Of a DNA stretch of 64,000 nucleotides, positions 9,312 to 20,166 are shown one piece after another. Below the pieces are notes generated by a model. That model searched no databases and had not been told where the DNA came from. It was given only the letters and a program-made list of their open reading frames with translations. The stretch lies in the NCBI GenBank assembly GCA_051650085.1, contig JBOFII010000021.1:54856-118855 (forward strand), written 5' to 3'. Numbering within the stretch: the first letter of the stretch is position 1; each line of letters starts with the position of its first letter. The translations under genes were made by a program, and so were the position numbers. The DNA is from Formosimonas sp. GTDB lineage: Bacteria > Pseudomonadota > Gammaproteobacteria > Burkholderiales > Burkholderiaceae.

Positions 9312-11654
9312 ATGTACGTTATCAAACGCAATGGCAAATCTGAATCTGTCCAATTTGACAAAATCACCGCCCGCATCGAAAAACTCTCTTACAGCTTAAA
9401 CCCCATTGTTGAGCCGATTGAAGTAGCCAAAAAAGTCATTATGGGCTTGTACGACGGTGTCACCACGAGCGAGTTGGACAACTTGGCTGCCGAAACCGCC
9501 GCCAGCTTGGCCACATTGCACCCCGATTATGCGGTTTTGGCGGCACGAATTGCTGTGAGCAACTTGCACAAAAACACCACCAAATCATTCTCACAAACCA
9601 TTCAACAGCTGTACGACAACACCGATGCCAACACAGGCAAACACTCACCGATTATCACAGCAGATGTGTTGAATGTAGTCAAACAAAACGCAGATGTGTT
9701 GGACTCAACGATTATTTACGATCGTGACTTTAACTTTGATTACTTTGGTTTCAAAACCCTTGAACACAGCTATTTGCTGCGCATCCACGGCAAAATCGTA
9801 GAGCGCCCACAGCACATGTACATGCGCGTGGCCATTGGCATTCATGGCGACGACATTGCAGCGGCGATTGAAACCTACAATTTAATGTCAGAGGGCTGGT
9901 TCACCCACGCCACGCCAACGCTGTTCAACTCTGGTACGCCACACCCACAAATGAGTTCGTGCTTTTTGTTGACCATGCAAGACGACTCAGTCGAAGGGAT
10001 TTACAACACCCTCAAACAAACCGCGCTTATTTCTAAAAATGCAGGCGGCATTGGCCTGTCGATTCACAAAATCCGCGCCAAAGGCAGCACGATTGCAGGC
10101 ACCAACGGCCACAGCAATGGCATTGTACCAATGCTCAAAGTGTTCAACGACACCGCGCGTTACATTGACCAAGGCGGTGGCAAGCGCAAAGGCGCATTTG
10201 CGGTTTATCTTGAACCTTGGCACGCGGATATTTTTGAGTTTTTACAACTCAAGAAAAACCACGGCTCTGAAGAATTGCGTGCCCGCGACTTGTTTTACGC
10301 CATGTGGGTCAATGATTTGTTCATGCAACGCGTGCAAGCCGATGGCGAATGGAATTTATTCTGCCCGCACGAATGCCCAGGTTTGGACGAATGCTGGGGC
10401 GATGCATTTGAAGCCCTGTACACCCGCTACGAGCGCGAAGGCAAAAGCCGCCGCACGATTCGAGCGCAAGAGTTGTGGTTCAGCATTTTAGAATCGCAAA
10501 TCGAAACAGGCACGCCGTACATTTTGTACAAAGACCACGCCAACCGCAAGAGCAATCAACAGCACTTGGGCACGATTAAGAGCAGCAATTTGTGTACTGA
10601 AATCATCCAATACACCAGCCCTGACGAAATCGCGGTGTGTAATTTGGCTTCAATTGCTTTGCCTAAATTTGTCGATGGCAACCAGTTCAACCACCAAAAG
10701 CTGTTTGACGTGACCTATCACGCCACGCGCAACCTGAACAAAATCATCGATCGCAACCTCTACCCAGTCCCTGAAGCACGCAACTCCAACATGCGCCATC
10801 GCCCGATTGGCTTGGGGGTGCAAGGCTTGGCCGACACCTTCATCATGCTGCGCTTGCCGTTTGACTCAGACCAAGCGCAAACTTTGAACCAATTGATTTT
10901 TGAAACCATTTACTACGCCGCCATGCGTGCGTCGATAGACTTGGCTAAAGACTTGGGCGCGTATGAGTCGTATCAAGGCTCACCGTTGTCGCAAGGCCAA
11001 CTCCAGTGCGACTTATGGGGACACACGCCATCTTCACGCTGGGATTGGGCACAATTGCGCAGCGACTTGGCCGCGCATGGCGCACGCAACTCTTTGTTGC
11101 TCGCGCCCATGCCAACCGCTTCGACGTCGCAAATTTTGGGCAACAACGAGTGCTTTGAGCCGTACACCTCGAATATTTACACCCGTCGCGTGTTGAGCGG
11201 CGAGTTCATCGTGGTCAACAAGCATTTGTTGCGTGACCTCAATGAGTTGGGGCTGTGGGACGACAAAATGCGCAACGACTTGATTCGCGCCAATGGCTCG
11301 GTACAAGAGATTCCACGCATTCCTGAGCACATCAAGGCGTTGTACAAAACCGTGTGGGAAATCAAGCAAAAAACCTTGATTGACATGGCCGCCGACCGTG
11401 GCGCATTCATCTGTCAATCGCAATCCATGAATTTATTCATGGCGCAACCGACCATCGCCAAACTCTCGTCCATGCATTTTTACACGTGGACAAAAGGCTT
11501 AAAAACAGGGATTTACTACCTGCGCAGTAAAGCGGCCGCGCAAGCGGTGCAATTTACCGTATCGGATGCCGAGAAAGATGAAGAAGTCGCCGACGACATC
11601 ATCGACGGCGCGGTGTGCACCATGGAAGAAGGCTGTATCTCCTGCGGCTCATAA
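9312..11654 (+). CDS. nrdA: Class Ia ribonucleotide reductase large subunit (R1), eukaryote-like subtype with an N-terminal ATP cone
   Basis: 780 aa. Features are the ATP cone (V.KR.G....V.FDKIT.RI..L), [45 protein letters not shown], and a C-terminal CxxCGS tail. Confidence 0.95.
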   Translation: MYVIKRNGKSESVQFDKITARIEKLSYSLNPIVEPIEVAKKVIMGLYDGVTTSELDNLAAETAASLATLHPDYAVLAARIAVSNLHKNTTKSFSQTIQQLYDNTDANTGKHSPIITADVLNVVKQNADVLDSTIIYDRDFNFDYFGFKTLEHSYLLRIHGKIVERPQHMYMRVAIGIHGDDIAAAIETYNLMSEGWFTHATPTLFNSGTPHPQMSSCFLLTMQDDSVEGIYNTLKQTALISKNAGGIGLSIHKIRAKGSTIAGTNGHSNGIVPMLKVFNDTARYIDQGGGKRKGAFAVYLEPWHADIFEFLQLKKNHGSEELRARDLFYAMWVNDLFMQRVQADGEWNLFCPHECPGLDECWGDAFEALYTRYEREGKSRRTIRAQELWFSILESQIETGTPYILYKDHANRKSNQQHLGTIKSSNLCTEIIQYTSPDEIAVCNLASIALPKFVDGNQFNHQKLFDVTYHATRNLNKIIDRNLYPVPEARNSNMRHRPIGLGVQGLADTFIMLRLPFDSDQAQTLNQLIFETIYYAAMRASIDLAKDLGAYESYQGSPLSQGQLQCDLWGHTPSSRWDWAQLRSDLAAHGARNSLLLAPMPTASTSQILGNNECFEPYTSNIYTRRVLSGEFIVVNKHLLRDLNELGLWDDKMRNDLIRANGSVQEIPRIPEHIKALYKTVWEIKQKTLIDMAADRGAFICQSQSMNLFMAQPTIAKLSSMHFYTWTKGLKTGIYYLRSKAAAQAVQFTVSDAEKDEEVADDIIDGAVCTMEEGCISCGS

Positions 11655-11663
11655 CCGCTCACG

Positions 11664-11694
11664 AAAAATAGGCTGCTGGTTCAGCCTATTTTTC
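11664..11694 (+). terminator. Rho-independent terminator after nrdA
   Basis: An aaaataggctg-ctggtt-cagcctatttt hairpin with a T-run. Confidence 0.7.
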
Positions 11695-11723
11695 CGTCAT
11701 TCCCGCGCAGGCGGGAATGACGG
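11694..11723. repeat. dRS3-like palindromic repeat (CGTCATTCCCGC-gcag-GCGGGAATGACG)
   Basis: A perfect 13-bp inverted repeat. Its core, ATTCCC-N8-GGGAAT, equals the Neisseria dRS3 consensus form. Confidence 0.85.
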
Positions 11724-11743
11724 CGTTGAAAAACATTCATTTT

Positions 11744-12667
11744 ATGCGCATCACACGTCACCCTTTTACCCTCACCCACGCCCCTGCTTGTGCCTTGACC
11801 ATTGGTAACTTCGACGGCGTGCATGTTGGGCACGCCGAGATTTTGCGCCAGCTGGTGCGCGAGGCGCACACACGCGGCCTCACGCCCACAGTCATGACAT
11901 TTGAGCCGCACCCCAAGGCTTTTTTTGCGTCTGCACATGCGCCACGCCAAATTTTGCCGCTGCGCAACAAACTGGCTTTGCTGGCCGAACACGGGATTGA
12001 GCACACGATTGTCCTACCATTCAATGCAGCCTTGGCGCACATGACCGCCCGCGACTTTGTCGCTCAATTACTCTGCCAGCAACTCAACATGCGCTATTTG
12101 CTGATTGGCGACGACTTTAAATTCGGCGCCAAGCGCACAGGCGACTTTGCCCTGCTCCGCGCCATGAGTAACACGCACAGTTTTGCGTTGCACGCACAAG
12201 ATTCAATCCAACTAACGGGTGAGCGCGTCTCAAGCAGCGCCATCCGTCATGCAATTGCCGCTGGGCAATTGAACCATGCCACGGCCCTACTCGGCCACCC
12301 ATTGACATTATCGGGACATGTGATGCACGGTCAACAACTCGGTCGCACGATTGGTTGCCCAACCATCAACCTCAAAATGCCGCATTTACTGGCCGCGCAA
12401 GGCATTTATGCGGTGCAGGTTTGTTTTGACAGCACCCCATTGCAAGGCGTGGCCAGCATCGGCACGCGTCCGACGGTGGCCAATAATGGCCAATGTTGGC
12501 TGGAAGTGCATATTTTGGACTTTGAGCGCGATGTGTACGGCCAACTCGCCCACGTCACCTTGCAGCACAAAATCCGCGATGAGGCCAAATTTGACGGGCT
12601 TGAAGCCCTCAAAAACGCAATTGCGCAAGACATTCAAGAAGCGCGTGGTTTTTTTGCGGCCAAGTGA
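11744..12667 (+). CDS. ribF: Bifunctional riboflavin kinase / FMN adenylyltransferase
   Basis: LTIGNFDGVHVGH, and C-terminal kinase motifs (GVASIGTRPT, LEVHILDF). The ORF-track ATG at 11717 lies inside the dRS3 repeat, so the start was moved to 11744. Confidence 0.9.
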   Translation: MRITRHPFTLTHAPACALTIGNFDGVHVGHAEILRQLVREAHTRGLTPTVMTFEPHPKAFFASAHAPRQILPLRNKLALLAEHGIEHTIVLPFNAALAHMTARDFVAQLLCQQLNMRYLLIGDDFKFGAKRTGDFALLRAMSNTHSFALHAQDSIQLTGERVSSSAIRHAIAAGQLNHATALLGHPLTLSGHVMHGQQLGRTIGCPTINLKMPHLLAAQGIYAVQVCFDSTPLQGVASIGTRPTVANNGQCWLEVHILDFERDVYGQLAHVTLQHKIRDEAKFDGLEALKNAIAQDIQEARGFFAAK

Positions 12668-12705
12668 GGTAAAATGGCGGTTTTCTACGCCTTAAACCCA
12701 CCACC

Positions 12706-15471
12706 ATGACCGACTCTAAAAAATCCAACTACCCCGTCAATCTCCTTGACACCCCATTTCCGATGCGCGGCGACTTGGCCAAACGCGAACCCGTTTGGGT
12801 CAAAGAATGGCAAGCGCAAAAACGCTACCAAAAAATCCGCGCCGCAGCAGCAGGTCGGCCTAAATTCATTTTGCACGACGGCCCGCCGTACGCCAATGGC
12901 GACATTCACATCGGCCACGCGGTCAACAAAATTTTAAAAGACATCATCATCAAATCGCGGACAATGGCGGGTTTTGACGCGCCTTACGTACCGGGCTGGG
13001 ACTGCCACGGCATGCCGATTGAAAATAAAATCGAGTCGATTCATGGTAAAGGTTTGCCCACGCAAGAAGTCCAACAAAAATCCCGCGCCTACGCCACCGA
13101 ACAAATCGAAAAACAAAAAACCGATTTTTTGCGCTTAGGAATTTTGGGCGACTTTGATAACCCGTACAAAACCATGAATTTTTCCAACGAAGCCGATGAA
13201 ATTCGCGCCTTGGGAGCGATTTTGCACAAAGGCTACGTGTATCGCGGCTTAAAGCCCGTCAACTGGTGCTTTGACTGCGAATCGGCACTGGCCGAGGCAG
13301 AAGTCGAATATCAAAACAAAGTCGACTTGGCAATTGACGTGGGTTTTGAGTTTGCCCAGCACGACCAACTCGCCCACGCCTTCAATGCACCAATTGCCGC
13401 AATCGGCCACATCGTGATTTGGACGACCACGCCGTGGACAATTCCCGCCAATCAGGCTTTGAACGTGCATCCAGAAGTGTCATACGCTTTGGTTGAGCTG
13501 GACAACGGCAGCCAATTGATTTTGGCGACCGACTTGGTTGAAGCCACTCTGACGCGCTACGAATTGAACGGCAAAATCGTCGCCACCTGCCAAGGTGCTG
13601 CGCTGGATAAAATCGCGTTCAAACACCCGCTATACGCACGTTTGTCACCGATTTACTTGGGCGACTACGTCACCACCGACGCGGGCACGGGCATCGTGCA
13701 TTCCGCACCTGCGTACGGCGTGGAAGACTTTGCCTCATGCCGCGCCAATGGCGTCGCCAACGACGACATTTTAACCCCCGTCATGGGCAATGGCGTTTAT
13801 GCGGCCGACTTGCCCGACTTTGGTGGCATGCACATTTGGAAGGCCAATCCACGGATTGTTGAAAAATTAACCGAAGTCGGCGCGTTGTTCAAAGTCGTTC
13901 AATACGACCACAGCTACATGCACTGCTGGCGACACAAAACCCCGCTGATTTTCCGCGCCACCACGCAATGGTTTGCCTCAATGGACAACGCAGTTGATGG
14001 CAGCAGCCTGCGCGAACGCGCCTTGGCGGGCGTAGAAGCCACCGAGTTTTTCCCCGCGTGGGGCAAAGCGCGTTTGCACAGCATGATTGCCAACCGCCCC
14101 GATTGGACGCTCTCACGCCAACGCCAATGGGGCGTGCCGATGCCGTTTTTCTTGCACAAAGCAACAGGCCAACTCCACCCCAACACGCCAGAACTACTCG
14201 AAAAAATCGCGCAATTGGTCGAAGCCAGCGGCATTGAAGCGTGGCAAACCTTGGACATTAACGAATTCCTTGGCGCAGATGCAGCGGATTATGTCAAAAA
14301 CAAAGACACACTGGACGTGTGGTTTGACTCAGGCACAACGCATTTTCATGTGTTGCGCGGCTCGCACGCCGCCGACTTGGCATGGCCTGCCGATTTGTAC
14401 CTTGAAGGCTCAGACCAACACCGTGGCTGGTTTCACTCGTCACTGTTAACAGGCTGCATGCTCGATGGCCGCGCCCCGTACAAAGCCCTGCTCACGCATG
14501 GTTTCGCCGTCGATGGCGCGGGCCGCAAAATGAGTAAATCCGAAGGCAATATTGTCGTGCCGCAAGAAGTGGCCAACAAAATGGGCGCGGAAATCATCCG
14601 TTTGTGGGTTGCCTCAACCGATTATTCGGGCGAATTGTCGATTTCGGACGAAATTTTGAAACGTGTCTCCGAAGGCTATCGCCGCGTGCGCAACACGCTG
14701 CGCTTTTTGCTCGCCAATTTGACCGATTTTGATGCGACCACGCAACTGTTGCCAACCGATGAGTTGCAAGACATCGACCAATACATGCTCGCCCTGACCG
14801 CCAACTGGCAAGCCGACGTGCTCGCCTTGGCCGAAAAATACGAGTTTCACCCATTGGTCGCCAAACTGCAAAATTTCTGCTCCGAAGACTTGGGCGGCTT
14901 TTACTTAGACATCATCAAAGACCGCTTGTACACCAGCGCGGCCAACGCCCCCGCTCGCCGCGCCGCACAAACCGCGCTATGGCATATTGCACAAAGTTTG
15001 CTGCGCGTGATGGCACCGATTTTGAGTTTCACCGCCGAAGAAGCGTGGCCTGTGCTCAACCGCTGCTCAAGCGACGAGACGATTTTTGTTGAGTTGTACC
15101 ACAACATTCCCGCGCCCGCTCAAGCCGACGCGCTCATCACGCGCTGGTCGCGCATCCGCGAATTGCGCGACGACGTGAACAAAGCCCTCGAAGACGCACG
15201 CACCGCCAACCAAATCGGCTCGGCGTTGCAAGCGGCGGTGACCATTGTCGCCCCTGCCGCTGATGCCGCCCTGCTGCACGACTTGGGTGAGGACTTGCGT
15301 TTTGTCCTCATCACTTCAGCCGCGCAAGTCTCGACGGGCGAGCAAATTTCGGTGCACGTCGATGTGGCACAAGGCCACAAATGCGAACGGTGCTGGCATG
15401 TGACGGTTGATGTGGGCGCGAATGCAGCGCATCCGACGTTGTGTGCGCGTTGTATTGGCAATTTATTTTAA
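12706..15471 (+). CDS. ileS: Isoleucine--tRNA ligase
   Basis: 921 aa. It has the HIGH motif ([11 protein letters not shown]), KMSKS ([10 protein letters not shown]) and a C-terminal Zn-binding CERCW...CARC. Confidence 0.97.
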   Translation: MTDSKKSNYPVNLLDTPFPMRGDLAKREPVWVKEWQAQKRYQKIRAAAAGRPKFILHDGPPYANGDIHIGHAVNKILKDIIIKSRTMAGFDAPYVPGWDCHGMPIENKIESIHGKGLPTQEVQQKSRAYATEQIEKQKTDFLRLGILGDFDNPYKTMNFSNEADEIRALGAILHKGYVYRGLKPVNWCFDCESALAEAEVEYQNKVDLAIDVGFEFAQHDQLAHAFNAPIAAIGHIVIWTTTPWTIPANQALNVHPEVSYALVELDNGSQLILATDLVEATLTRYELNGKIVATCQGAALDKIAFKHPLYARLSPIYLGDYVTTDAGTGIVHSAPAYGVEDFASCRANGVANDDILTPVMGNGVYAADLPDFGGMHIWKANPRIVEKLTEVGALFKVVQYDHSYMHCWRHKTPLIFRATTQWFASMDNAVDGSSLRERALAGVEATEFFPAWGKARLHSMIANRPDWTLSRQRQWGVPMPFFLHKATGQLHPNTPELLEKIAQLVEASGIEAWQTLDINEFLGADAADYVKNKDTLDVWFDSGTTHFHVLRGSHAADLAWPADLYLEGSDQHRGWFHSSLLTGCMLDGRAPYKALLTHGFAVDGAGRKMSKSEGNIVVPQEVANKMGAEIIRLWVASTDYSGELSISDEILKRVSEGYRRVRNTLRFLLANLTDFDATTQLLPTDELQDIDQYMLALTANWQADVLALAEKYEFHPLVAKLQNFCSEDLGGFYLDIIKDRLYTSAANAPARRAAQTALWHIAQSLLRVMAPILSFTAEEAWPVLNRCSSDETIFVELYHNIPAPAQADALITRWSRIRELRDDVNKALEDARTANQIGSALQAAVTIVAPAADAALLHDLGEDLRFVLITSAAQVSTGEQISVHVDVAQGHKCERCWHVTVDVGANAAHPTLCARCIGNLF

Positions 15472-15475
15472 TCAT

Positions 15476-15552
15476 CGTCATTGCGGGCTTGACCCGCAAT
15501 CTCCTAAATGAGGAGATGCCGCACGCGACAAAATCGCTACGCGCGGCATGAC
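15476..15552. repeat. Composite structured repeat (Y-X type): CGTCA-[attgcggg/cccgcaat hairpin]-[tctcct/aggaga hairpin]-[tgccgc/gcggca hairpin]-TGAC
   Basis: It sits between the ileS stop and the lspA start. The same module order and arms occur at 43643-43710, with a rearranged version at 24514-24620. Confidence 0.8.
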
Positions 15553-15568
15553 CTAACCATCCAAAATT

Positions 15569-16039
15569 ATGCAAAAAAAACTCACCCCATATTTTTTACT
15601 CACCTTCATTCTCATCATCATCGACCAAGCCAGCAAGCTGGCGATTGAAGCCAATTTCGCGGAGTTTGAGTTCAAACCCGTCACTTCGTTTTTCAACCTC
15701 GGTTTGGTGTACAACCCAGGTGCCGCGTTTAGTTTTTTGGCCAGCCACGATGGCTGGCAACGCTGGTTTTTTACCGCGCTCTCAACCGCTGCGTCAATTT
15801 TTATCATCATTTACATGCGCAAAAGCCGCCATTTGCCTCGGCTTTGTTTGGGTTTGGCGTTTATTTTGAGCGGAGCAATTGGCAATTTAATCGACCGCGT
15901 GCGGATTGGTAAAGTGGTGGATTTTTTGGACTTTTATGTACAAAACCACCATTGGCCTGCGTTTAATATTGCCGATTCGGCGATTTTTATCGGCGTGGCG
16001 ATTTTGCTGGTCGATGAATTCTCTAAGAAAAAATCATGA
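15569..16039 (+). CDS. lspA: Lipoprotein signal peptidase (signal peptidase II)
   Basis: 156 aa, with NPGAAFSFL and FNIADSAI motifs. It occupies the conserved ribF-ileS-lspA position. Confidence 0.93.
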   Translation: MQKKLTPYFLLTFILIIIDQASKLAIEANFAEFEFKPVTSFFNLGLVYNPGAAFSFLASHDGWQRWFFTALSTAASIFIIIYMRKSRHLPRLCLGLAFILSGAIGNLIDRVRIGKVVDFLDFYVQNHHWPAFNIADSAIFIGVAILLVDEFSKKKS

Positions 16040-17376
16040 GCAGTGCCCCTAAATTTGTGACTGGCTCGACGCTGCGCCACGTCATCAACATGACCGCTTC
16101 AGGCTCGATTGGCTTGGTGGCGGTTTTTATCGTTGATGCACTCAATTTATTTTACATTTCACGCTTGGGTCAGGCCGAATTGGCGGCGGCGGTCGGTTAT
16201 GCGGGCACGTTGTTGTTTTTTCACACGTCCATTGCGATTGGGTTGTCGATTGCCGCCACAGCGTTGGTCTCGCGAGCCTTGGGTTCGGGCAATCGCGCTT
16301 ATGCGCAAGAGTTGGCGGGCGCGTCGCTGCTGATTATGGGCGGCATTATGACGTTGTTGACCCTGCTGTTTTACCCTTTTTTGCTGCCGATGGTCAAAAT
16401 GATTGGCGCGACGGGGCAAACCGCTGATTTGGCGGTGCGGTTTATGCATTTTGTCTTGCCGTCGGTGCCAATTGTGGCGATTGGCATGTGCATGTCGGCC
16501 TTGCTGCGGGCGGTGGGCGATGCCAAACGCGCCATGTATGTCACACTCGGTGCGGCGGCTTGCACGGCGGTGCTCGACCCGATTTTGATTTTTGGCTTTA
16601 ATTTAGGTTTGGACGGTGCGGCGATTGCCACTTCGGTGGCGCGTTTGACTATGCTGACCATTGGTTTTCACGGTTTGATTCGCGTGCATCAGTTGTTCAA
16701 ACGGCCCAGCGCCAGCCTTGTCAAAGCTGAACTGCCCGCTTATTTTGCGATTGCCATGCCTGCGGTTTTAACCCAAGTGGCCACGCCTGTCGGCAACACC
16801 TTTGTGACCGAGGCGATGGCGGGCTATGGCGATGCGGCGGTGGCGGCGTGGTCGGTGATTGGTCGTTTGATTCCCGTGGCGTTTGGGGTGATTTTTGCCT
16901 TGTCAGGGGCCATCGGGCCGATTATTGGGCAAAATTTAGGCGCAAAGCAATACGGGCGCATTCGCTCAACCGTGCGCGACAGCCTCAAAGTCACGCTAAT
17001 TTACGTATTGTGCATGTGGGCGATTTTGTCACTGGCACGTCATTACATTGCGCAAGCCTTTGGCGCACAAGGCCAAGCCCATGATTTGATTGTGTTTTTC
17101 TGCGTGGTGGTCTCGGCGAGTTTTTTATTCAACGGCACTTTATTTGTCGCCAATGCAGCGTTCAACAACTTGGGTTATGCTTTTTACTCGACCATGCTCA
17201 ACTGGGGTCGCTCCACGCTGGGCGTGATTCCGTTTGTTTGGCTCGGCTCGCATTACTTTGGCGCAACGGGCGTTTTGGCGGGTTACGGCTTGGGCGTGGT
17301 GATTTTTGGCGTTATCGGCGGGATTTTGTGCTTTAAAGTGATTGACCAATTGGAGTCAAAAAATGTTGCAACATAA
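16036..17376 (+). CDS. MATE-family efflux transporter
   Basis: 446 aa with about 12 predicted TM segments and a MATE-like duplicated architecture. The start overlaps the lspA stop (ATGA). Confidence 0.8.
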   Translation: MSSAPKFVTGSTLRHVINMTASGSIGLVAVFIVDALNLFYISRLGQAELAAAVGYAGTLLFFHTSIAIGLSIAATALVSRALGSGNRAYAQELAGASLLIMGGIMTLLTLLFYPFLLPMVKMIGATGQTADLAVRFMHFVLPSVPIVAIGMCMSALLRAVGDAKRAMYVTLGAAACTAVLDPILIFGFNLGLDGAAIATSVARLTMLTIGFHGLIRVHQLFKRPSASLVKAELPAYFAIAMPAVLTQVATPVGNTFVTEAMAGYGDAAVAAWSVIGRLIPVAFGVIFALSGAIGPIIGQNLGAKQYGRIRSTVRDSLKVTLIYVLCMWAILSLARHYIAQAFGAQGQAHDLIVFFCVVVSASFLFNGTLFVANAAFNNLGYAFYSTMLNWGRSTLGVIPFVWLGSHYFGATGVLAGYGLGVVIFGVIGGILCFKVIDQLESKNVAT

Positions 17377-18559
17377 ACACATTATTTTGGGCGTGACAGG
17401 CGGCGTGGCGGCGTATAAAAGCGCTGATTTGGCGCGGCTGCTCATCAAACAAGGTGCGCGCGTCACCACGGTGATGACGGCGGGGGCGCAAGAGTTCATC
17501 ACGCCGTTGACCTTTGCGGCCTTGACCAACCAGCCTGTTTACGATGATTTATGGGCCAGCCGCTCGGCGGACTCATCGAGCATTACGCACATCAACCTCA
17601 CCCGCGAGGCCGATGCGCTGCTGATTGCGCCATGCACCGCCAATGTCGCAGCCAAAATCGCCCATGGCTTGGCCGATGATTTACTGACCAACCTCGCGCT
17701 CGCCCGCGACCCTACCACCTGCCCGCTGGCGATTGCCCCCGCCATGAACGTACAAATGTGGCACAACCCTGCCACCGTGCGCAACATGGCGCAACTGCGT
17801 GCCGATGGCGTGCGGATTTTAGGGCCTGCAGCGGGCGAGCAAGCCTGCGGAGAAGTCGGTCAAGGGCGAATGCTTGAGCCGCTTGACTTGGTGGCCGCGC
17901 TTGAATCTTTGTTCGTCGCGCAAACTTTGGCGGGTAAAAAAGTCCTCATCACCGCAGGCCCGACCTTTGAAGCGATTGACCCCGTGCGCGGCATCACCAA
18001 TCGCTCCAGCGGCAAAATGGGTTATGCGCTGGCGCATGCGGCAGCTTGCGCGGGAGCGCAAGTGACTCTGATTTCAGGCCCCACCGCCCTTGCCACACCG
18101 TTTGGCGTGCAGCGCATCAACGTCGAATCGGCGCACAACATGCTCGACGCCTGTCTGCAACACGCCAGCCAAGCCGATGTATTTATCGCCGTCGCCGCCG
18201 TGGCCGATTGGCGCGTGGCGCAAGTGGCGAGCCACAAAATCAAAAAACAAAATGATTCTGACGTACCGACCCTGCAATTCACGCAAAACCCAGATATTTT
18301 GCACACCGTTGCGCAACTGCCCAACGCGCCGTATTGCGTCGGTTTTGCCGCCGAAACCGAGCACGTGGCCGAATACGGCCAAGCCAAGCGACGCAAAAAA
18401 GGCATTCCCCTGCTCATTGCCAACCATGGCCCGGCCACTTTTGGCGCAAGCGACAACCAAGTGATTTTAATCGACGAGGCAGGCGAGCACGCCCTGCCGC
18501 TCATGCCCAAAGCCCAACTGGCGCACCAACTCATTCAACACATCGCTCAACGACTCTAG
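17363..18559 (+). CDS. coaBC: Bifunctional phosphopantothenoylcysteine decarboxylase / phosphopantothenate--cysteine ligase
   Basis: ILGVTGGVAAYKS, PAMN..MW, ITNRSSGKMG. The ATG at 17363 is preceded by GGAG at a 7-nt spacing. Confidence 0.92.
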   Translation: MLQHKHIILGVTGGVAAYKSADLARLLIKQGARVTTVMTAGAQEFITPLTFAALTNQPVYDDLWASRSADSSSITHINLTREADALLIAPCTANVAAKIAHGLADDLLTNLALARDPTTCPLAIAPAMNVQMWHNPATVRNMAQLRADGVRILGPAAGEQACGEVGQGRMLEPLDLVAALESLFVAQTLAGKKVLITAGPTFEAIDPVRGITNRSSGKMGYALAHAAACAGAQVTLISGPTALATPFGVQRINVESAHNMLDACLQHASQADVFIAVAAVADWRVAQVASHKIKKQNDSDVPTLQFTQNPDILHTVAQLPNAPYCVGFAAETEHVAEYGQAKRRKKGIPLLIANHGPATFGASDNQVILIDEAGEHALPLMPKAQLAHQLIQHIAQRL

Positions 18560-18568
18560 GAGACTGAC

Positions 18569-19015
18569 ATGCACATTGACATCAAAATCGTCAACCCAAT
18601 GATGAAAGACCAGCTGCCCGCTTATGCCACGGCAGGCAGCGCGGGCTTGGATTTACGCGCTGCGATTGACGCGCCCATCACGCTTGAAGCGGGGCAAACC
18701 GTCCTGATTCCAACAGGTTTGGCGATTCATTTGAGCAACCACCACACCGCCGCCATGATTTTGCCACGCAGTGGTTTGGGGCACAAACACGGCATTGTTT
18801 TGGGTAATTTGGTCGGTTTGATTGATTCAGACTATCAAGGCGAAATCATGATTTCGACATGGAACCGCGGCCAAACCGCCTTCACGATTGAGCCGCTGGA
18901 ACGCATTGCGCAACTGGTTGTCGTGCCTGTGATTCAAGCCACCTTCAATTTGGTGGACGACTTTGCCGCCACCGAGCGTGGCGCAGGCGGCTTTGGCAGT
19001 ACGGGCGTCAAATAA
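18569..19015 (+). CDS. dut: dUTP diphosphatase
   Basis: 148 aa. Motifs are [28 protein letters not shown] and [10 protein letters not shown]. Confidence 0.95.
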   Translation: MHIDIKIVNPMMKDQLPAYATAGSAGLDLRAAIDAPITLEAGQTVLIPTGLAIHLSNHHTAAMILPRSGLGHKHGIVLGNLVGLIDSDYQGEIMISTWNRGQTAFTIEPLERIAQLVVVPVIQATFNLVDDFAATERGAGGFGSTGVK

Positions 19016-20150
19016 CCCCGCTGGGCACATGCACCCAGCCACTCATCAGCACACGAGCACTGCGGCTCATCACCGCTTTGCTCACCACCCACTCGCCCGC
19101 CGCACACGCCGCTTGCGCCCCCACGCGCAGCGTGCCTGACGGATGACCAAAACGCACCCCTTCACGCGCACCACCCGCCGCACGACTGACCAGCGTCCCT
19201 TCAATTGCCGCCGCCGTGCCAATGGCCACCGCAGCCGTGCCCATCATGGCGTGGTGCAACTGCCCCATTGACAGTGCCCGCACCAACACATCAATCTCGC
19301 CCGCCGCAACAGGTTTGCCGCTGGCCGCCACATAGTCCGCTGGCGGCGCGACAAAGGCAATTTTAGGCGTGTGTTGGCGCGTTTTGGCCTCATCTAAATG
19401 CGCAATAAACCCCATTTTGAGCGCGGCATGGGCGCGAATTAGTTCAAACTTAGCCAACAAGGCGGCGTCGCCATTCACCGTATCTTGCAACTCAACCCCC
19501 GTGCAGCCGACATCCGTCGCGTTCACAAACACGGTCGGAATCCCCGCATTGATGAGCGTCGCGGGCAAACACCCCACCTGCGGCACATCCAACTCATCGA
19601 CCAGCCGCCCCGTTGGAAACAACGCGCCTTCCGCCGCTGGGCTGATAAACTCTAAAACCACCTCAGCCGATGGAAACGTCACGCCATCGAGTTCAAAGTC
19701 GCCCGCCTCTTGTACCAAACCACCGCACATCGGCACATGCGCCACAATGGTTTTACCGATATTGGCCTGCCAAATCCGCACCGAGCACACCCCATCGGCA
19801 GGCGCATCCATCAGCCCCACATGAATCGCAAACGCCCCGACTGCCGCCGACAAATTGCCGCAATTGCCCGACCAATCGACCAACGCCGCGCCCACACTCA
19901 CCTGCGCAAACCAATAATCCACATCGTGATTCGCCCGCGTGCTTTTGCTCAAAATCACCGCCTTGCTGGTTGATGAACTGCCACCGCCCATGCCATCCAT
20001 CTGCTTACCGTACGGGTCAGGACTGCCCAACACCCGCAGCAAAACCGCATCCCGCGCCGCACCCGCCGCAGGCAAATCGGCCGCATTGAAAAAAACGCCT
20101 TTACTCGTGCCACCACGCATGTAGGTGGCGGGGATTTTAAGAGTACCCAT
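19008..20150 (-). CDS. PrpF/AcnD-accessory family isomerase (2-methylaconitate isomerase / 4-oxalomesaconate tautomerase-like)
   Basis: 380 aa from the ATG at 20150 (AGGAG upstream). The N-terminus [16 protein letters not shown] is typical of PrpF. No prp genes are adjacent. Confidence 0.8.
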   Translation of the reverse strand: MGTLKIPATYMRGGTSKGVFFNAADLPAAGAARDAVLLRVLGSPDPYGKQMDGMGGGSSSTSKAVILSKSTRANHDVDYWFAQVSVGAALVDWSGNCGNLSAAVGAFAIHVGLMDAPADGVCSVRIWQANIGKTIVAHVPMCGGLVQEAGDFELDGVTFPSAEVVLEFISPAAEGALFPTGRLVDELDVPQVGCLPATLINAGIPTVFVNATDVGCTGVELQDTVNGDAALLAKFELIRAHAALKMGFIAHLDEAKTRQHTPKIAFVAPPADYVAASGKPVAAGEIDVLVRALSMGQLHHAMMGTAAVAIGTAAAIEGTLVSRAAGGAREGVRFGHPSGTLRVGAQAACAAGEWVVSKAVMSRSARVLMSGWVHVPSGVI

Positions 20151-20166
20151 AAAAACTCCTTTTGGA

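Noticed and set aside
11717-11743. ORF-track start codons lying inside repeat elements (ribF at 11717; the ycaQ-like gene at 41762)
   Set aside because: The ATG comes from the conserved gaATGAcgg arm of the dRS3-like repeat. Downstream ATGs give N-termini that fit the protein families.
19008-19015. An 8-bp convergent overlap of the dut and prpF-family 3' ends without a terminator
   Set aside because: The overlap is real but unremarkable in compact genomes. There is no structure or extra ORF to interpret.
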